Assembly (NCBI GenBank): GCA_964016885.1
Contig: OZ024746.1
Location: 59,334,001-59,398,000 of the forward strand
Direction: 5' to 3'
From: Eledone cirrhosa
Taxonomy: Eukaryota
DNA: 64,000 nt
Shown here piece after piece: positions 42,666-56,999 of the stretch. The position numbers were made by a program, and so were the translations under genes. Position 1 is the first letter of the stretch, and each line of letters opens with the position of its first letter. The notes beneath the pieces are model-generated. The model ran no database searches. It was given only the letters and a program-made list of their open reading frames with translations, and had not been told where the DNA came from.

Positions 42666-42811
42666 ATAGAAAGAAAAGGGGGAGGGAGAGAATACATAGC
42701 AAGGCTCTGTGAGTTTGAAAGTGTGTATATATATACATATATATATATATTAGAAAGTGAGGTTTTTTTTACAAAATGAAAAATAACCGAGGTGTCCTAC
42801 ACGAGTGAAAG

Positions 42812-43068
42812 TATAAAGAAAAAAAGATGAAATCGAAAATGCAACTGGGATCTTATTTTTTAAAAAATATATATATTTATTTGGTTCCTTTACCGGAGAT
42901 GGAGGGTCTGTGGTTTTTCTCATCTCTGTTATTCTCACATCTGGTTTTACTCTCAACTTTTGAAAAGCAGAAGAACTGCGAAACCGGTAAAGGAACCAAA
43001 TAAATATATATATATTTTTTTAAATAAGACTCCAGTTGCATTTTCGATTTCATCTTTTTTTCTTTATA
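42812..43068. repeat. Inverted repeat (~85-bp arms) enclosing a decayed hammerhead at 42957-42992
   Basis: Arms 42812-42896 and 42984-43068; CUU-UUGAAAA-GCAGaagaaCUGC-GAAA-CCGG-UA-AAG (two core substitutions). Confidence 0.8.
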
Positions 43069-43376
43069 TATATATATATATATATTTACATATATATATA
43101 CATATATATATGCATATCGTATTACTTGTGTGAGTGTGGGGTGCTTGTTAGTGTGTGTTTACATGCAGCATTCTGTAGATGTGTGTGGTGGTGTGTAAAA
43201 GTGCATAAGAGAACGTATGGAGTCCGAACGGTATAGTAAAAAACGAAACAGTAGACATTGCTTCAAGATAGATATCACAGTAGGATACAGAGAAATGCAA
43301 AACAGAATATAAAAATATAAATATATATAAATATAAATATATATATAAATAAATAATAAAATGTATGAATAAACAT

Positions 43377-43410
<34 letters not shown>

Positions 43411-43465
43411 CGACGGAATTAGCCGTCGAAACGGCTTGAGCTCAGCCGTCGGGGTCCTACTCCTT

Positions 43466-43510
<45 letters not shown>

Positions 43511-43521
43511 ATATATATATA

Positions 43522-43565
<44 letters not shown>

Positions 43566-43571
43566 TATATA

Positions 43572-43767
<196 letters not shown>

Positions 43768-43780
43768 CATATGAAATATA

Positions 43781-43812
<32 letters not shown>

Positions 43813-44272
43813 CATATACATATATATATAAATATATATATAAATATATATATATATGTATGTATATATATATATATTGTCGTCAAGTATGAAATTTGTA
43901 GTTATTTACATTAAAAAAAATTCTACAAATTTCATACTTGACGAGTTGTGTGTGTGTGTGTGTGTGTCTGTATTAAAGATACTCTAAAATCTAGTAATTC
44001 AGTTATCTTACTTATATATATTTATGTTTTTGTTCCCGTTCCAGTTTTCACTATATATATATATATATATATTATAAAATAACACAGATACGAAAGCGAT
44101 TGAAAGAATATCAAAGAAAAGAAATTAAATACACAGTGAGTAGCCAAACAAAATATAAATATCAAAATGGCCGAAAATAAACAGTAAAAGATTCCGACGA
44201 AAAAATACAAACAAAAACACATACAACTCAGTGCAATAAAATTGGTTTCTCAGATTCAAGTGTTTTTTTATT

Positions 44273-44311
<39 letters not shown>

Positions 44312-44380
44312 TATATAGATATATATATATGCATATATAGATATATATATATGTATATAGATATAGATATATGTATATAC

Positions 44381-44421
<41 letters not shown>

Positions 44422-44422
44422 C

Positions 44423-44455
<33 letters not shown>

Positions 44456-44836
44456 GATATAGATATACATATATGCATGTATATATATAAATGTATATGT
44501 ATATATATGTATCTGTGTATTTTTGTATATGTATGCGTGTATGTGACTGTGCATGTCTGTGGCGCATTCAGGAACCTCGTCCTTCTTCTCACATACACAC
44601 ACACATACACAAACACCACCTTCAGCCTGCCCCGCTTCGACCCCCCGCCTCCCTCGCCCAACTCCACCCGCCACCACCCTTACACACCTCACACCCTTCC
44701 ACCACTTGCTCATCTTATTGTTAATTCCTATGTTTATTCTTAAGTTTATTTTTATTTTTATTTTTATTTGTTCTCCTTCCCCCTTTTTACTGAATGTATT
44801 TCCACACACCCTCGGAACTCTCTTCCTTACCTATTT

Positions 44837-44870
44837 ATCATGAAGAAGGGCTTATGCCCGAAACGTCGTC
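44837..44870 (+). ncRNA. Penelope-type hammerhead remnant
   Basis: AUGAAGA-A-GGGCuuauGCCC-GAAA-CG-UC; C3 is replaced by A and stem I is eroded. Confidence 0.55.
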
Positions 44871-44963
44871 GCCCCTCCGCCCCCCCTCCCCCACACTCTC
44901 AAGAGCGTTAACCTAATAAACCTTTATTTGTCTGCCTCTCTGTTTTGTTCCCGTCTAAATTTG

Positions 44964-46510
<1,547 letters not shown>

Positions 46511-46794
46511 AAGTATAAGGACGTGTTTTTACTTCTCTCCCCGAGTAAGCAGCAAGTCACACAGCCACAAAACAAAACCAAACAAAAAATTGACCGGTTA
46601 ATACATTTACATACATCTATATTATTATATATTTGAAAATTGACCGGTTAATACATTTACATACATCTATATTATTATATATTTGAAACCACGTGTTTTC
46701 CAACTTGTGCGTACATTTTCCTTTAACTACAAATTATTATTATATACTTTCGTCTTTTCATTAATTTAATTAATTTCAAATAACCAGAATATAC

Positions 46795-46834
<40 letters not shown>

Positions 46835-46913
46835 TCATATTTATATATATACTCTTCTCACTCACACACAAGAAAAACAAAAAACAAAAATAAATAAAAA
46901 AAAAATATATATA

Positions 46914-49163
46914 TTGAAATACTTAACTAAAATACACACACTCAAAACTAGAATGGCTAACCAGCAAAAATCCAAACAGAACTGGTCTGATAATGAAATC
47001 GACATTCTAATAAACACATGGCATTGCCTTACCCAAACAGAAGACATAGATGCTTCATCTCTGAACGACATTGCTAAACGTACAGTTCAATTTTTGAAAA
47101 CTCGATCTGAACAACAGATTCAAAATAAATTAAAGCAAATCGAAATTGCTTTTAAATTAATCAATAAACATTTGGATAAACTACGGTGTGTTTTTTCTTC
47201 GAATGCTGTCCAGCAGCAGCAACAACAACAACAGCAGCTACAACGGCAACAACAACAACAGCTACAACAACAACATCAACAACAGCAACAACAACAACAA
47301 CGACAACAACAGTGTGAACCACTCCTTGATTCATCAACAGTGGCCGATCTACTAAATGAAACTATTGACCTCCCAGTAGCCTCTGTCGCACAGCATGAAA
47401 CGCCACATCCTTTCTCTGGCCCAGTAGTCCAATCATCACCACTGCCAACATCTTCTCTGCCTACTACTACTACTACTACTACAACATTTTTGTCTACTGC
47501 TATGTCAAGGAATTTACCTTCTAATACCAGAACAAGAACTCTCCCTCCCACAGTCCACAAAGGTCGTCAAATCCTACTCAAACCATCATCTACACCTCTC
47601 ACAACACACACACCCACATACCCACCCACTCGAAACCCCATCATTTGCCGCTACTCTCTACGCTATAGAATATGTACGGATAGTGGCTGCAAATTCACCC
47701 ATTTACCTAGGACAAAACGATCTATCCCCACAAACAGCCACCACCATAATACATACTCTAATTTAACACCAACACAACCACCAATAACTCAAACAAGGAA
47801 TCCACAAATCTGCCGCTTTTCCCTGCGAGACAGATTGTGTTTAGACCGGGATTGTCCCTTTACCCATCTCCCGGGGACCCGTCGGACAAATGAAAATAAA
47901 ATTAAAAATAAAAGCAAAAACAAAAACCATAACCTACATAAAAATAACCACTACCACAGTCACCAACAGTCTTCTAAACAGGAAACTTCTTCCTCTTTTT
48001 TAGCCATAATGAATCTGGCAAAAGAACTGGAAAAAAAACATTCGAGCTATCACCCAGCACCACCCTCCACTATCACCCCACTGCACAAACTCCCATTGCT
48101 GCCATTAACAAACAAACAAATTAACAACACACCAAAACAATTAAAACCATCCACTCTCGCCTCTACATTTTTGCTTAACGCCCAAGGCATCAGCCCTTCC
48201 ACCAATACTCAAAAATGGAAGATCAAATTCCTGGAGGACTGGATTGATGTCCATCCAAACCACATCCCCTTCTTCGTCCTCACTGAAACCCATCTCAGTA
48301 ACCTCCACTTGGAAGCCGAGGTGAAAGTGAAAAATTTCAAAGCCATCCGTGCTGATCGCGCTGGCAGAAGAAAGGGCGGAACTGCCATTTATGTCCATAA
48401 TTCTTTCTCAACAGAGGCTATGAACATATTCACTAATGGATACTGTGAAGCAGTCACTGTATTCAGTCAAACCAACAACCTATTAGTAGTTGGGCTCTAT
48501 AGGCCACCCCAAACGCCTGTACCATGCTTCAAGGAATGCCTCAACAGCATAAAGTGTTTCATCCAAGAGTGTCACCCTGACAACATCTTAATGATGGGGG
48601 ACTTCAACCTCCCCGGAGTTGACTGGTCCACAAACAGCCTGCCACCAGGTTCTTCTGCCTCAACCTCTGACAGGGAAGCAGTGGAATCGCTTCTTGACTT
48701 CATGGATGATTTCTTCCTATCCCAACTGGTGCTCGAACCAACGAGGTGCCACAAAAACGTCCTAGACTTAATTTTCAGCAATCACACTGACAATATCCAC
48801 AATATTGCAGTGGAGAAAACTCTACTCTCTGATCATGACATGGTTCTCTGTGATCTGAGATTCCACCGTCCAATATACAAACCCAATGTCATCTCTCCTG
48901 TCCATCCGTTTGACGCTATGGATTTCCACAATGCAAACTGGGAAGCGATCAGTCATGATCTTGCACATGTCGACTGGTCCTTCACGCACACTCATACACC
49001 CACTAACATCAAAAAGTCCTGGCAGACATTTGTGGACACTGTTACAAACATATGTGCTAAACACACCCCATTAAGAACTATAAACAAATCTAAGAGCAGA
49101 ATCCCTAGAAATAGAAAAACGCTCATCAGAAAAATTAAGAGAACGAAAAAATCAACAAGCTGA
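46914..49163 (+). CDS. ORF1-like region (Myb/SANT-like, poly-Q, 2x CCCH finger) in frame with APE endonuclease
   Basis: NWSDNEIDILINTW; CRYSLRYRICTDSGCKFTH and CRFSLRDRLCLDRDCPFTH; NAQGI, LTETHL, GLYRPP, MGDFN, LDLIF, SDH. First ATG is at 46953. Confidence 0.8.
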   Translation: MKYLTKIHTLKTRMANQQKSKQNWSDNEIDILINTWHCLTQTEDIDASSLNDIAKRTVQFLKTRSEQQIQNKLKQIEIAFKLINKHLDKLRCVFSSNAVQQQQQQQQQLQRQQQQQLQQQHQQQQQQQQRQQQCEPLLDSSTVADLLNETIDLPVASVAQHETPHPFSGPVVQSSPLPTSSLPTTTTTTTTFLSTAMSRNLPSNTRTRTLPPTVHKGRQILLKPSSTPLTTHTPTYPPTRNPIICRYSLRYRICTDSGCKFTHLPRTKRSIPTNSHHHNTYSNLTPTQPPITQTRNPQICRFSLRDRLCLDRDCPFTHLPGTRRTNENKIKNKSKNKNHNLHKNNHYHSHQQSSKQETSSSFLAIMNLAKELEKKHSSYHPAPPSTITPLHKLPLLPLTNKQINNTPKQLKPSTLASTFLLNAQGISPSTNTQKWKIKFLEDWIDVHPNHIPFFVLTETHLSNLHLEAEVKVKNFKAIRADRAGRRKGGTAIYVHNSFSTEAMNIFTNGYCEAVTVFSQTNNLLVVGLYRPPQTPVPCFKECLNSIKCFIQECHPDNILMMGDFNLPGVDWSTNSLPPGSSASTSDREAVESLLDFMDDFFLSQLVLEPTRCHKNVLDLIFSNHTDNIHNIAVEKTLLSDHDMVLCDLRFHRPIYKPNVISPVHPFDAMDFHNANWEAISHDLAHVDWSFTHTHTPTNIKKSWQTFVDTVTNICAKHTPLRTINKSKSRIPRNRKTLIRKIKRTKKSTS

Positions 49164-51054
49164 AATACTGTCAGCAGCAACACATCAACATGACTGCCAT
49201 TTCATCACTAGAGATTAAAAAACATAACCTCCAAAACAACATAATGTCCCTCATCAACAATCAGAGAAGAGCTGAAGAGGCCTGGGCCATTGAGAAGATC
49301 AAACTCAATCCCAAAGTGTTCTTTTCATTTGCAAAAAAAACACAAAATCACTGGCTCTACTGTTGGCCCTCTAATTGATGAAAATGTCACTCTTCAAGAC
49401 AATGCTAAAACCATGGGTGAGATACTGCAGAAACAATACTGCTCTGTTTTCAGCAATCCTGATATGGCCGATCTGGGCTGTATCGGCGATGTTACTCCCC
49501 ATTACACCTTATCGGACATAACGTTTGGCGCCCCTGATGTCTTAGCGGCAATAAAGGAAATCAAGCATAATTCAGCAGTAGGTCCCGATAGGTTCCCTGC
49601 TTGTGTCTTGAAGGCGTGTCAACACCAACTTGCATCTCCTCTTGCCAATCTGTGGCGGAACTCACTGGATGCTGGATATGTGCCAGAAAACCTTCTATCC
49701 CAGTCTGTTGTCCCAGTTTTCAAAAAGGGAAACAAATCCCTTGCCGTGAATTACCGTCCAATCTCACTCACCTCTCATATCATTAAGGTATTTGAGAGAG
49801 TGGTGAGATCGCGAATGACCCACTTCCTTGAGAGTAACAATATGCTGAACTCCAACCAGCATGGATTCCGTAATGGAAGGGATTGCCTGACGCAGCTACT
49901 GCATCACTTTGATGACATTTTGAGAGCCTTGGGAGAGGGTTCCAACACTGATGTTATCTACCTTGATTTCAGCAAGGCCTTTGACAGGGTTGATCATAAC
50001 ATTCTACTGAGAAAGCTGTCCAATATTGGTGTCACTGGAAAGCTGCTGCAGTGGATGAAGAGCTTCCTGTCAAACAGAACCCAACATGTTGTAGTTGAAG
50101 GAGTCAAATCCAGCCCAGCCAAAGTCAGTAGTGGGGTCCCACAAGGCACTGTGTTGGGCCCACTTCTCTTCATCATCTATATTAATGACATCACTGACAT
50201 CATCAAACACAGCAACATTAAAATTTTCGCTGATGATTCCAAGCTTCAAAAGGTCATCAATGGCGTGGATGACTGGATAAGCCTTCAGTCAGACCTACTG
50301 GCTGTTACCCAATGGGCGGAAAAGAACAACATGTTACTGAACGAAGACAAATTCGAACTGATCCACTTTGGAAAAGAGGATGCTCTGAAACCCCCGTACT
50401 CCCTTCCCTCCGGGGAAACTCTCGTGGCATCTAACAACATCAGAGACTTGGGAGTAACCGTGGACAGCAACATAAGCTGGACCACGCATATAAGCAGCAA
50501 AGTTGACATGGCCCGCAGAATGTGTTCCTGGATCCTCAGAACCTTCCAGTCGAGAGATTCCCACACCATTATCCTTCTCTCCCCACACGAAACAAAGTAT
50601 CATGAAACTTGAAGCTCCGCAAAGGGCAATCACGAAAAAGATAGATGGCATGTCAGACCTTGACTACTGGGGTCGATTAGAAAACCTGAAACTCCAACGT
50701 CGCCGTGAGCGTTATATTATCTGCATGATGTGGAAAATGTTCCATCATCACTGCCCAAATGATGTTGGCATCGCCTTCAAGATACACCCAAGGCTTGGGC
50801 CCCGTGCTATCCGTCCCATTCAAAAATCTAAATCGCAACTCATAACAACAATACGGCACAATTATTTCACCTCAATCGGCCCTGCTCTCTTCAACATCAC
50901 ACCAGGACACGTCAAAACAGAAACTGACCACACAAAATTCAAGAAGTCTTTGGACAAATTCCTCCAAGTAATCCCGGACAAACCACCCACACCCGGATAT
51001 GTCTCCGCAAACAGTAATTCTCTTCTCGAATGGGCCATGGTGCCCAAATCCTGA
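49164..51054 (+). pseudogene. RT domain and C-terminus, disrupted by frameshifts at ~49150 and ~49335 (A runs) and a probable deletion near 50580
   Basis: NYRPISLTS, QHGFR, YLDFSKAFD, GVPQGTVLGPLLF, FADD, RDLGV; C-terminal LQRRRERY...FKKSLDKFL...PD. Confidence 0.88.
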
Positions 51055-51219
51055 ATTGAAAGACTTCGCCAGGTGGTGCTATTAAGTTAGACATGGCCTG
51101 GGCCAATACTGGCCAAAACATTTCAAAGTTATATATATGTATATATATATATATATAAATATATATATGACAAGTAAGTATGTTTTGAAACAGTGAGCAG
51201 GTTTGAAATTAGAAAATAG

Positions 51220-51411
51220 AATAGCTTTCACCGTATTTTTGACTAAAGAAATTTTAGTCTGATAATGGGGTTTAGAACCCTCAGATAAATGGAAAAAGGT
51301 GAGTATTGACGTACATGTACGTCGATACTCGTCTTCTTCCATTTATCTGAGGGTTCTAAACCCCATTATCAGACTAAAATTTATTTAGCCAAAAATACGG
51401 TGAAAGCTATT
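51220..51411. repeat. Near-perfect spacerless palindrome, ~95-bp arms, centre 51315/51316
   Basis: GACGTACA|TGTACGTC centre; AATAGCTTTCACCGTATTTTTG ... CAAAAATACGGTGAAAGCTATT. Confidence 0.92.
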
Positions 51412-51494
51412 ATATATATATATTCATATATATATATATTTATATATGAAAATCGAATTATCCAAATGTGTACGGGTCCGAACGTAAATGGCCA

Positions 51495-51937
51495 TAATAA
51501 TTGTTTCTACTTTTGGCACAAGGCCAGCAATTATCCCAGTGCGTTACTGGTACTTTATTTTACCCACCCCGTAAGGATGTAAGGTAAAGTTAAACTCGGG
51601 GGGATTTGAACTCAGAATGGCAAGGGCCGTAACTCTATGCGTCAAAGCATGGCGTCCGACCCTTTACCGATACTGCCATAATAATTGTTTCTACTTTAGG
51701 CACAAGGCCAGCAAATACCCAGTGAATTACTGGTACTTTTATTAATAATTGTTTCTACGTTTTGGCACAAGGCCAGCAATTACCCAGTGCATTACTGGTA
51801 TTTTATTTTATCGACCCCGTAAGGATGAAAGGCAAAGTTAACCTCGGCGGAATTTGAACTCAGAATGGCAAGGGTCGTAACTCTATACGTCAAATATGGC
51901 GTCCGACCCTCTACCAATACTGCCAATCCACCGCCCT
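51495..51937 (-). mobile_element. Stacked SINE family A copies
   Basis: Three AATTGTTTCTAC... tails with two heads (...ATACTGCCA). Confidence 0.85.
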
Positions 51938-52653
51938 TTTATTAATCCACCGTACTTTTATTAATAATAGTTGGTCATTATAGTTGAGAAAATCGGATGA
52001 AATACTTCTTAAGACGGGAAAATGGAGAGATGCCCCTGTAATTCAATAATATTATGGTCCATTGCGTTCAGACTGACGCATTTCTAATTTCAAATGTTTC
52101 CAATGCTTCTTAATCACTTAATTAATATACACATATATGTACGAATCTCTCTCACTATTTCTCTCTCTCTCCCTCTCTCTCTATCTCTGTATATATATAT
52201 ATAATAAAGAAAGTGTGGTAAGGAACTAAGTGGACCATAACGAACCAGAGTACTCGATACTTAGGGCTCCAGCCGTTTCGACAGCTAGATCCGAACTAAC
52301 TCTGTATATAAATATATATATATATCGACATTCGATCGACTTTCGTCAAATCGGACCGAGGAAAGAATGTTTCCATTGGACTTTCCAATTGCTAATACTA
52401 TCTATAGATTGCAACTCCAGGTAGAAGGAGCAACGTGAAATAAAGTGTCTTGCTCAAGGACATAACACATCGCCCGCTCCCGGGAACGAACTCACAACGT
52501 CACGATTGCGAATCGAATTCTCTAACCACTCAGCCACGGTAAACATTGATGCAATTCAAAAATCATGCACTCATTCCAAATAAGAATGACGGAGAATAAT
52601 TAGAATGAGGAGAATGTAAAGTTGTAGATATTAAATGGGCCTTTATTAATAAA

Positions 52654-52728
52654 GCTGTGATACATATTTCAATGACGATTGTTGCCACTTGATTTTATCT
52701 AACCATTCACGTGATCTCATCAGACAGC
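52654..52728 (-). ncRNA. Type I hammerhead ribozyme motif
   Basis: GCUGU-CUGAUGA-[~46 nt, weak stem II, ends GUCAUU]-GAAA-UAUGUA-UC-ACAGC; perfect 5-bp stem I. Confidence 0.65.
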
Positions 52729-52896
52729 AACATTAAGTAAAAATGTTACGTTTCCAAGGCAATCCATACCAAGATGAAAGGGGACGGGCCGAAAATTATG
52801 TTTTTGTTTGGACTATCCGTTCCTTTGTGAGTTGCATGTATCACAGCTTTATTGATAAAGCACCCTTTAATATGTAAAGCTTCGCATTTTCCTCAT

Positions 52897-52972
<76 letters not shown>

Positions 52973-53160
52973 TTTGTTGGTTCACCACTGGATAGAACTG
53001 GTCATTCCGTATAGTCAACCTTGATGTAATGTTAGGAAAAGCACTCGACGTATACAACTCACCCATCTTCGTTTATGTTGAATCCTGTTGGTGGTGCGAG
53101 AACGGAGTTAATTATTATTGTGTCTACCATTATTATATTCCTTTATTATATAAATTTCGT

Positions 53161-53220
53161 AACGCCTGATGATGTCACCGGGTTCTTGCAGAACCCGGTC
53201 ATTGAAATGTGCATAGTGTT
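53161..53220 (+). ncRNA. Type I hammerhead ribozyme motif in a ~305-nt insert between TA tracts
   Basis: AACGC-CUGAUGA-ugucACCGGGUUCUugcAGAACCCGGUcauu-GAAA-UGUGCA-UA-GUGUU; 5-bp stem I, 10-bp perfect stem II helix. Confidence 0.75.
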
Positions 53221-53271
53221 TATAATAATTCTTTAAGGAATTTCACTAGTCCAGCCTCCTGTCATTTTACT

Positions 53272-53308
<37 letters not shown>

Positions 53309-53520
53309 GTATAGAAATTGTTGTGAGCGTGATGCCAACAGTATTTCATAATATATAAGTGACTATAACGTCAAAATGGAAAAATAGTTAACGTAAGATG
53401 TGGGAAAATAATTCAAACTCAATTCAAAGAAAATCAAGACATAGATTAATCCATAGAATTTTGTGAAATCCAGGGAAAAATCAATAGAGCCTTAACTCAG
53501 AATAAAATAAAGTTTAAATA

Positions 53521-53567
<47 letters not shown>

Positions 53568-53579
53568 ATATATATATAT

Positions 53580-53840
53580 CATTTGATTCCTGGTGGTGAG
53601 TTATGACCTTGAGCAAGACATTTTAATTCACGTTGCGTCCAGTCTACTGTGTTGGCAAAAGGAAAATGAGTTGTACTTGTAATTCGAAGGGCCAGCCTTG
53701 TTCCATTCTGTGTCACACTGAACTTTCTGAGAACTACATTAAAGGTACTACATATACGCAGCCACTTGCACGTTAATTTCTCTAGCATACTGTTCCATTG
53801 ATCGAATCAACAGGAACACTCGTAGTTATAACCGAAATAG
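53580..53840 (+). mobile_element. SINE family B (CORE/MIR-like) fragment; relatives ~52415-52540 (-) and ~61775-61916 (-)
   Basis: CCTTGAGCAAGACATTTTAATTCACGTTGC motif and its reverse complement GCAACGTGAAATAAA(G/C)TGTCTTGCTCAAGG. Confidence 0.7.
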
Positions 53841-53849
53841 TGGCAGATA

Positions 53850-53933
<84 letters not shown>

Positions 53934-54002
53934 TGGTAGCTAAGATGCTTCCATAGGCGGTATGCCGGTTGAGCACTCTATACTCTTACAGAGCAGAGTA
54001 TG

Positions 54003-54220
54003 ATAGAATAGAAAACGAAAAATCAGTGATGTATCTGAACTCAATTTATTGTGTGTTTCAATTGTTTCGCCGGCGTACCTGCGTGTCCGTCGAACCTGCG
54101 GGTCCAGAATCAGACAGATCCACACAATGATCGCGTCTCGAGCTGTCCGCCGGCGAAACAATTGTAACACACAATAAATTGAGTTCAGATGCATCACTGA
54201 TTTTTCGTTTTCTATTCTAT
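54003..54220. repeat. Inverted repeat, ~73-bp arms, 72-bp GC-rich spacer
   Basis: ATAGAATAGAAAACG...TTTCGCCGGCG / CGCCGGCGAAA...CGTTTTCTATTCTAT. Confidence 0.92.
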
Positions 54221-54355
54221 ATATATATAGGTATAAATATATATATTCACAGGCAAATTCATACATACATATCAGTGACGACGCTAGCTCTTGAATATTA
54301 CTCGGACTTAGCATAAATGTTTACAAATGTTAGTAAACATACAATTAAGATCAGT

Positions 54356-54540
54356 ATTGGCAGTATCGGTAGAGGGTCGGACACCATGCTTTGAAGCATA
54401 GAGTTACCTCCCTTTATGATCTGAGTTCAAATCCCGCCGAGGTTAACTTTGCCTTTCATCCTTACAGGGTCGATAAAATAAAGTACCGGTAATACACTGT
54501 GATAATTGCTGGCCTTCTGCCAAAAGTAGAAACAATTATA
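54356..54540 (+). mobile_element. SINE family A, near full-length
   Basis: TTGGCAGTATCGGTAGAG...GAGTTCAAATCCCGCCGAGG...AGTAGAAACAATTA. Confidence 0.88.
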
Positions 54541-54735
54541 TTTAATAGAAATATTTAAGTATCTAAGTACAGATTATAGTTATATAATCGAAGAAATCTC
54601 CGTCTGAACGTTGTGCTTTTTTTTTTTTTTTTTTTTTCTAATGTAGCGGTCATAGTGGATTTTGAAGACTGACAACTCCAATCTTGCATATTACTGAAAC
54701 AGAAGTCAATTTCTGCAAATGATTTTCAACTATTG

Positions 54736-54811
54736 ATTTAGATATTTTTTTTAATGTTAGCTATCTTACTAGGCCATGTAAGATAGCTAACATTAAAAAA
54801 AAAATCTAAAT
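54736..54811. repeat. Hairpin inverted repeat (~33-bp arms)
   Basis: TTTAATGTTAGCTATCTTAC...GTAAGATAGCTAACATTAAA. Confidence 0.85.
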
Positions 54812-55017
54812 AGGGCACAACTAGAGTCAATGTCACCACCACACGAATGTGGTTCTTTATAACTTTTCCAATAATGCATATTTTAATGATTTCGTAAAGA
54901 TACGTTTTTGTTTTTTTTTAAGGCGTAAATCACGATTATGTTGCGGAAATATTTTGTTAAAAATTGTTCTTTAGTGCAATCATTAGATTTTTTTTACAGA
55001 AACACTATGTCATTTCA

Positions 55018-55320
55018 ACATACAAGCAAATCATTATGTACATGCTGAAGAGCGGTGTGAAGTTATGTGACATAACTTGAGCCGTGAGCTCCACAAGAAC
55101 TGATGTAACTACTCATACTTAGTATCTATAATTAAACTACAGATCTTTAAATCTAAGATAAACGGTAACACAAGAATTGCATACAAACAAATCATTAATG
55201 TACAAGCTGAATATTATGGGTTGACATAATTTGAGCCGTGAGGTCCACAAGAATTGATGTAACTACTCATACTTAGTATCTATTATTAAACAACAGATCT
55301 TCAAATCTAAGATAAACGGT
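55018..55320 (+). repeat. Diverged tandem duplication (~150-160 bp x2)
   Basis: CATACAA(G/A)CAAATCATT...ATCTAAGATAAACGGT occurs twice. Confidence 0.85.
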
Positions 55321-55619
55321 TGACGAATGTTTTCAAAATGATGAGGAATCAACGAAATGAGGGTCAATCTAATCCATTAGAGTTTTGGTGATTAATTCAT
55401 TCTTAATTTTGTTTTGGTTTTTGGTTTGGTTTTATAATTTCTTTAAGTGGACATTATTTAAAAGTTTATTTTACAGATCAATGATTATTGCTTCGATTAT
55501 TTCTCAATCGAATTTCTCACTCTGTTGGAGACAAACATCAAGAATGACATCTGAAAGCAACATCTCTATCTATATTTTTCATTACATTTTTATTGTGTTA
55601 GGGATGCTGCAGTAACGTC

Positions 55620-56706
55620 ATACATATGCACAGCCATACATAACTACACAAACACATACACAGCTATACAACCAAACACATACATACACAATCATACACA
55701 TACATACATATACATACACAAACAATCATATACATACATAAACAGCCATACAAGTATATACACAACCATACACATACATACACATACATACACAAACATA
55801 CACATACATACACATACATACACATACATACACAAACATACACATACATACACATACATACACAAACATACACATACATATACAAGCATACACAAACATA
55901 CACATGCATACACATATATACACATACATACACAAACATACATTTACATACACATACATATACATACATACACATACATACACAAACATACACAAACATA
56001 CACATACATACACAAACATACACATACATACACATACACATACATACACAAACATACACATACATACACATACATACACAATCATACACAACCATACACA
56101 TACACAACCATACACATACACAACCATACGCATACACAAACATACACAATCATACACATACATATACATACACATACATACACAATCATACACATACATA
56201 CACATACATACACAAACATACACATACATACACCTGCATACACATACATACACAATCATACACAACCATACACATACACAACCATACACAACCATACGCA
56301 TACATACACAAACATACACAATCATACACATACACATACAAACACATACATACACAATCATACACATACATAAACTGCTATACACAACCATACAAACATA
56401 CACAGCTATACCCAACCATACACAACCATACACAATCATGTGTGTGTGTGTCTGCGTGTGTGTGTGTGTGTGCGTGTGACGGATATCCGTCGATTCCGAC
56501 GACGAGTATTCCAGTTGATGCAATTCCACAGACACGTGTGCCTCTTTAAGATAATTCTCAGAGGAATTCATTGTGACACTGTGTGTATTAGTAGTAGTGG
56601 TGGTGGTGGTGTTTGTGGTGATGGTGGTGGTTGTGATGGTGGTGGTGGTGGTGGTGATGCTGGTGTTATTAGTAGTAGTAGCAGCAGCAGTAGTAGTAGT
56701 AGCAGC

Positions 56707-56759
<53 letters not shown>

Positions 56760-56807
56760 CAGCAGTAGTAATAGTAGTAGTAGTAGTAGTAGTAGCAGCA
56801 GTAGTAA

Positions 56808-56906
<99 letters not shown>

Positions 56907-56918
56907 CAGCAGTAGTAA

Positions 56919-56954
<36 letters not shown>

Positions 56955-56961
56955 CAGCAGC

Positions 56962-56999
<38 letters not shown>

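Larger units (their letters stand above)
46860..51130 (+). mobile_element. Near full-length CR1-group (CR1/L2/Crack-like) LINE flanked by (TA)n
   Basis: N-terminal gag-like region, APE and RT in successive frames; ends ...AAAACATTTCAAAGTT then TA repeats. Confidence 0.85.

Noticed and set aside
55045-55100. CUGAAGA followed by a hairpin
   Set aside because: No GAAA...UH half, and the motif is not kept in the tandem duplicate.
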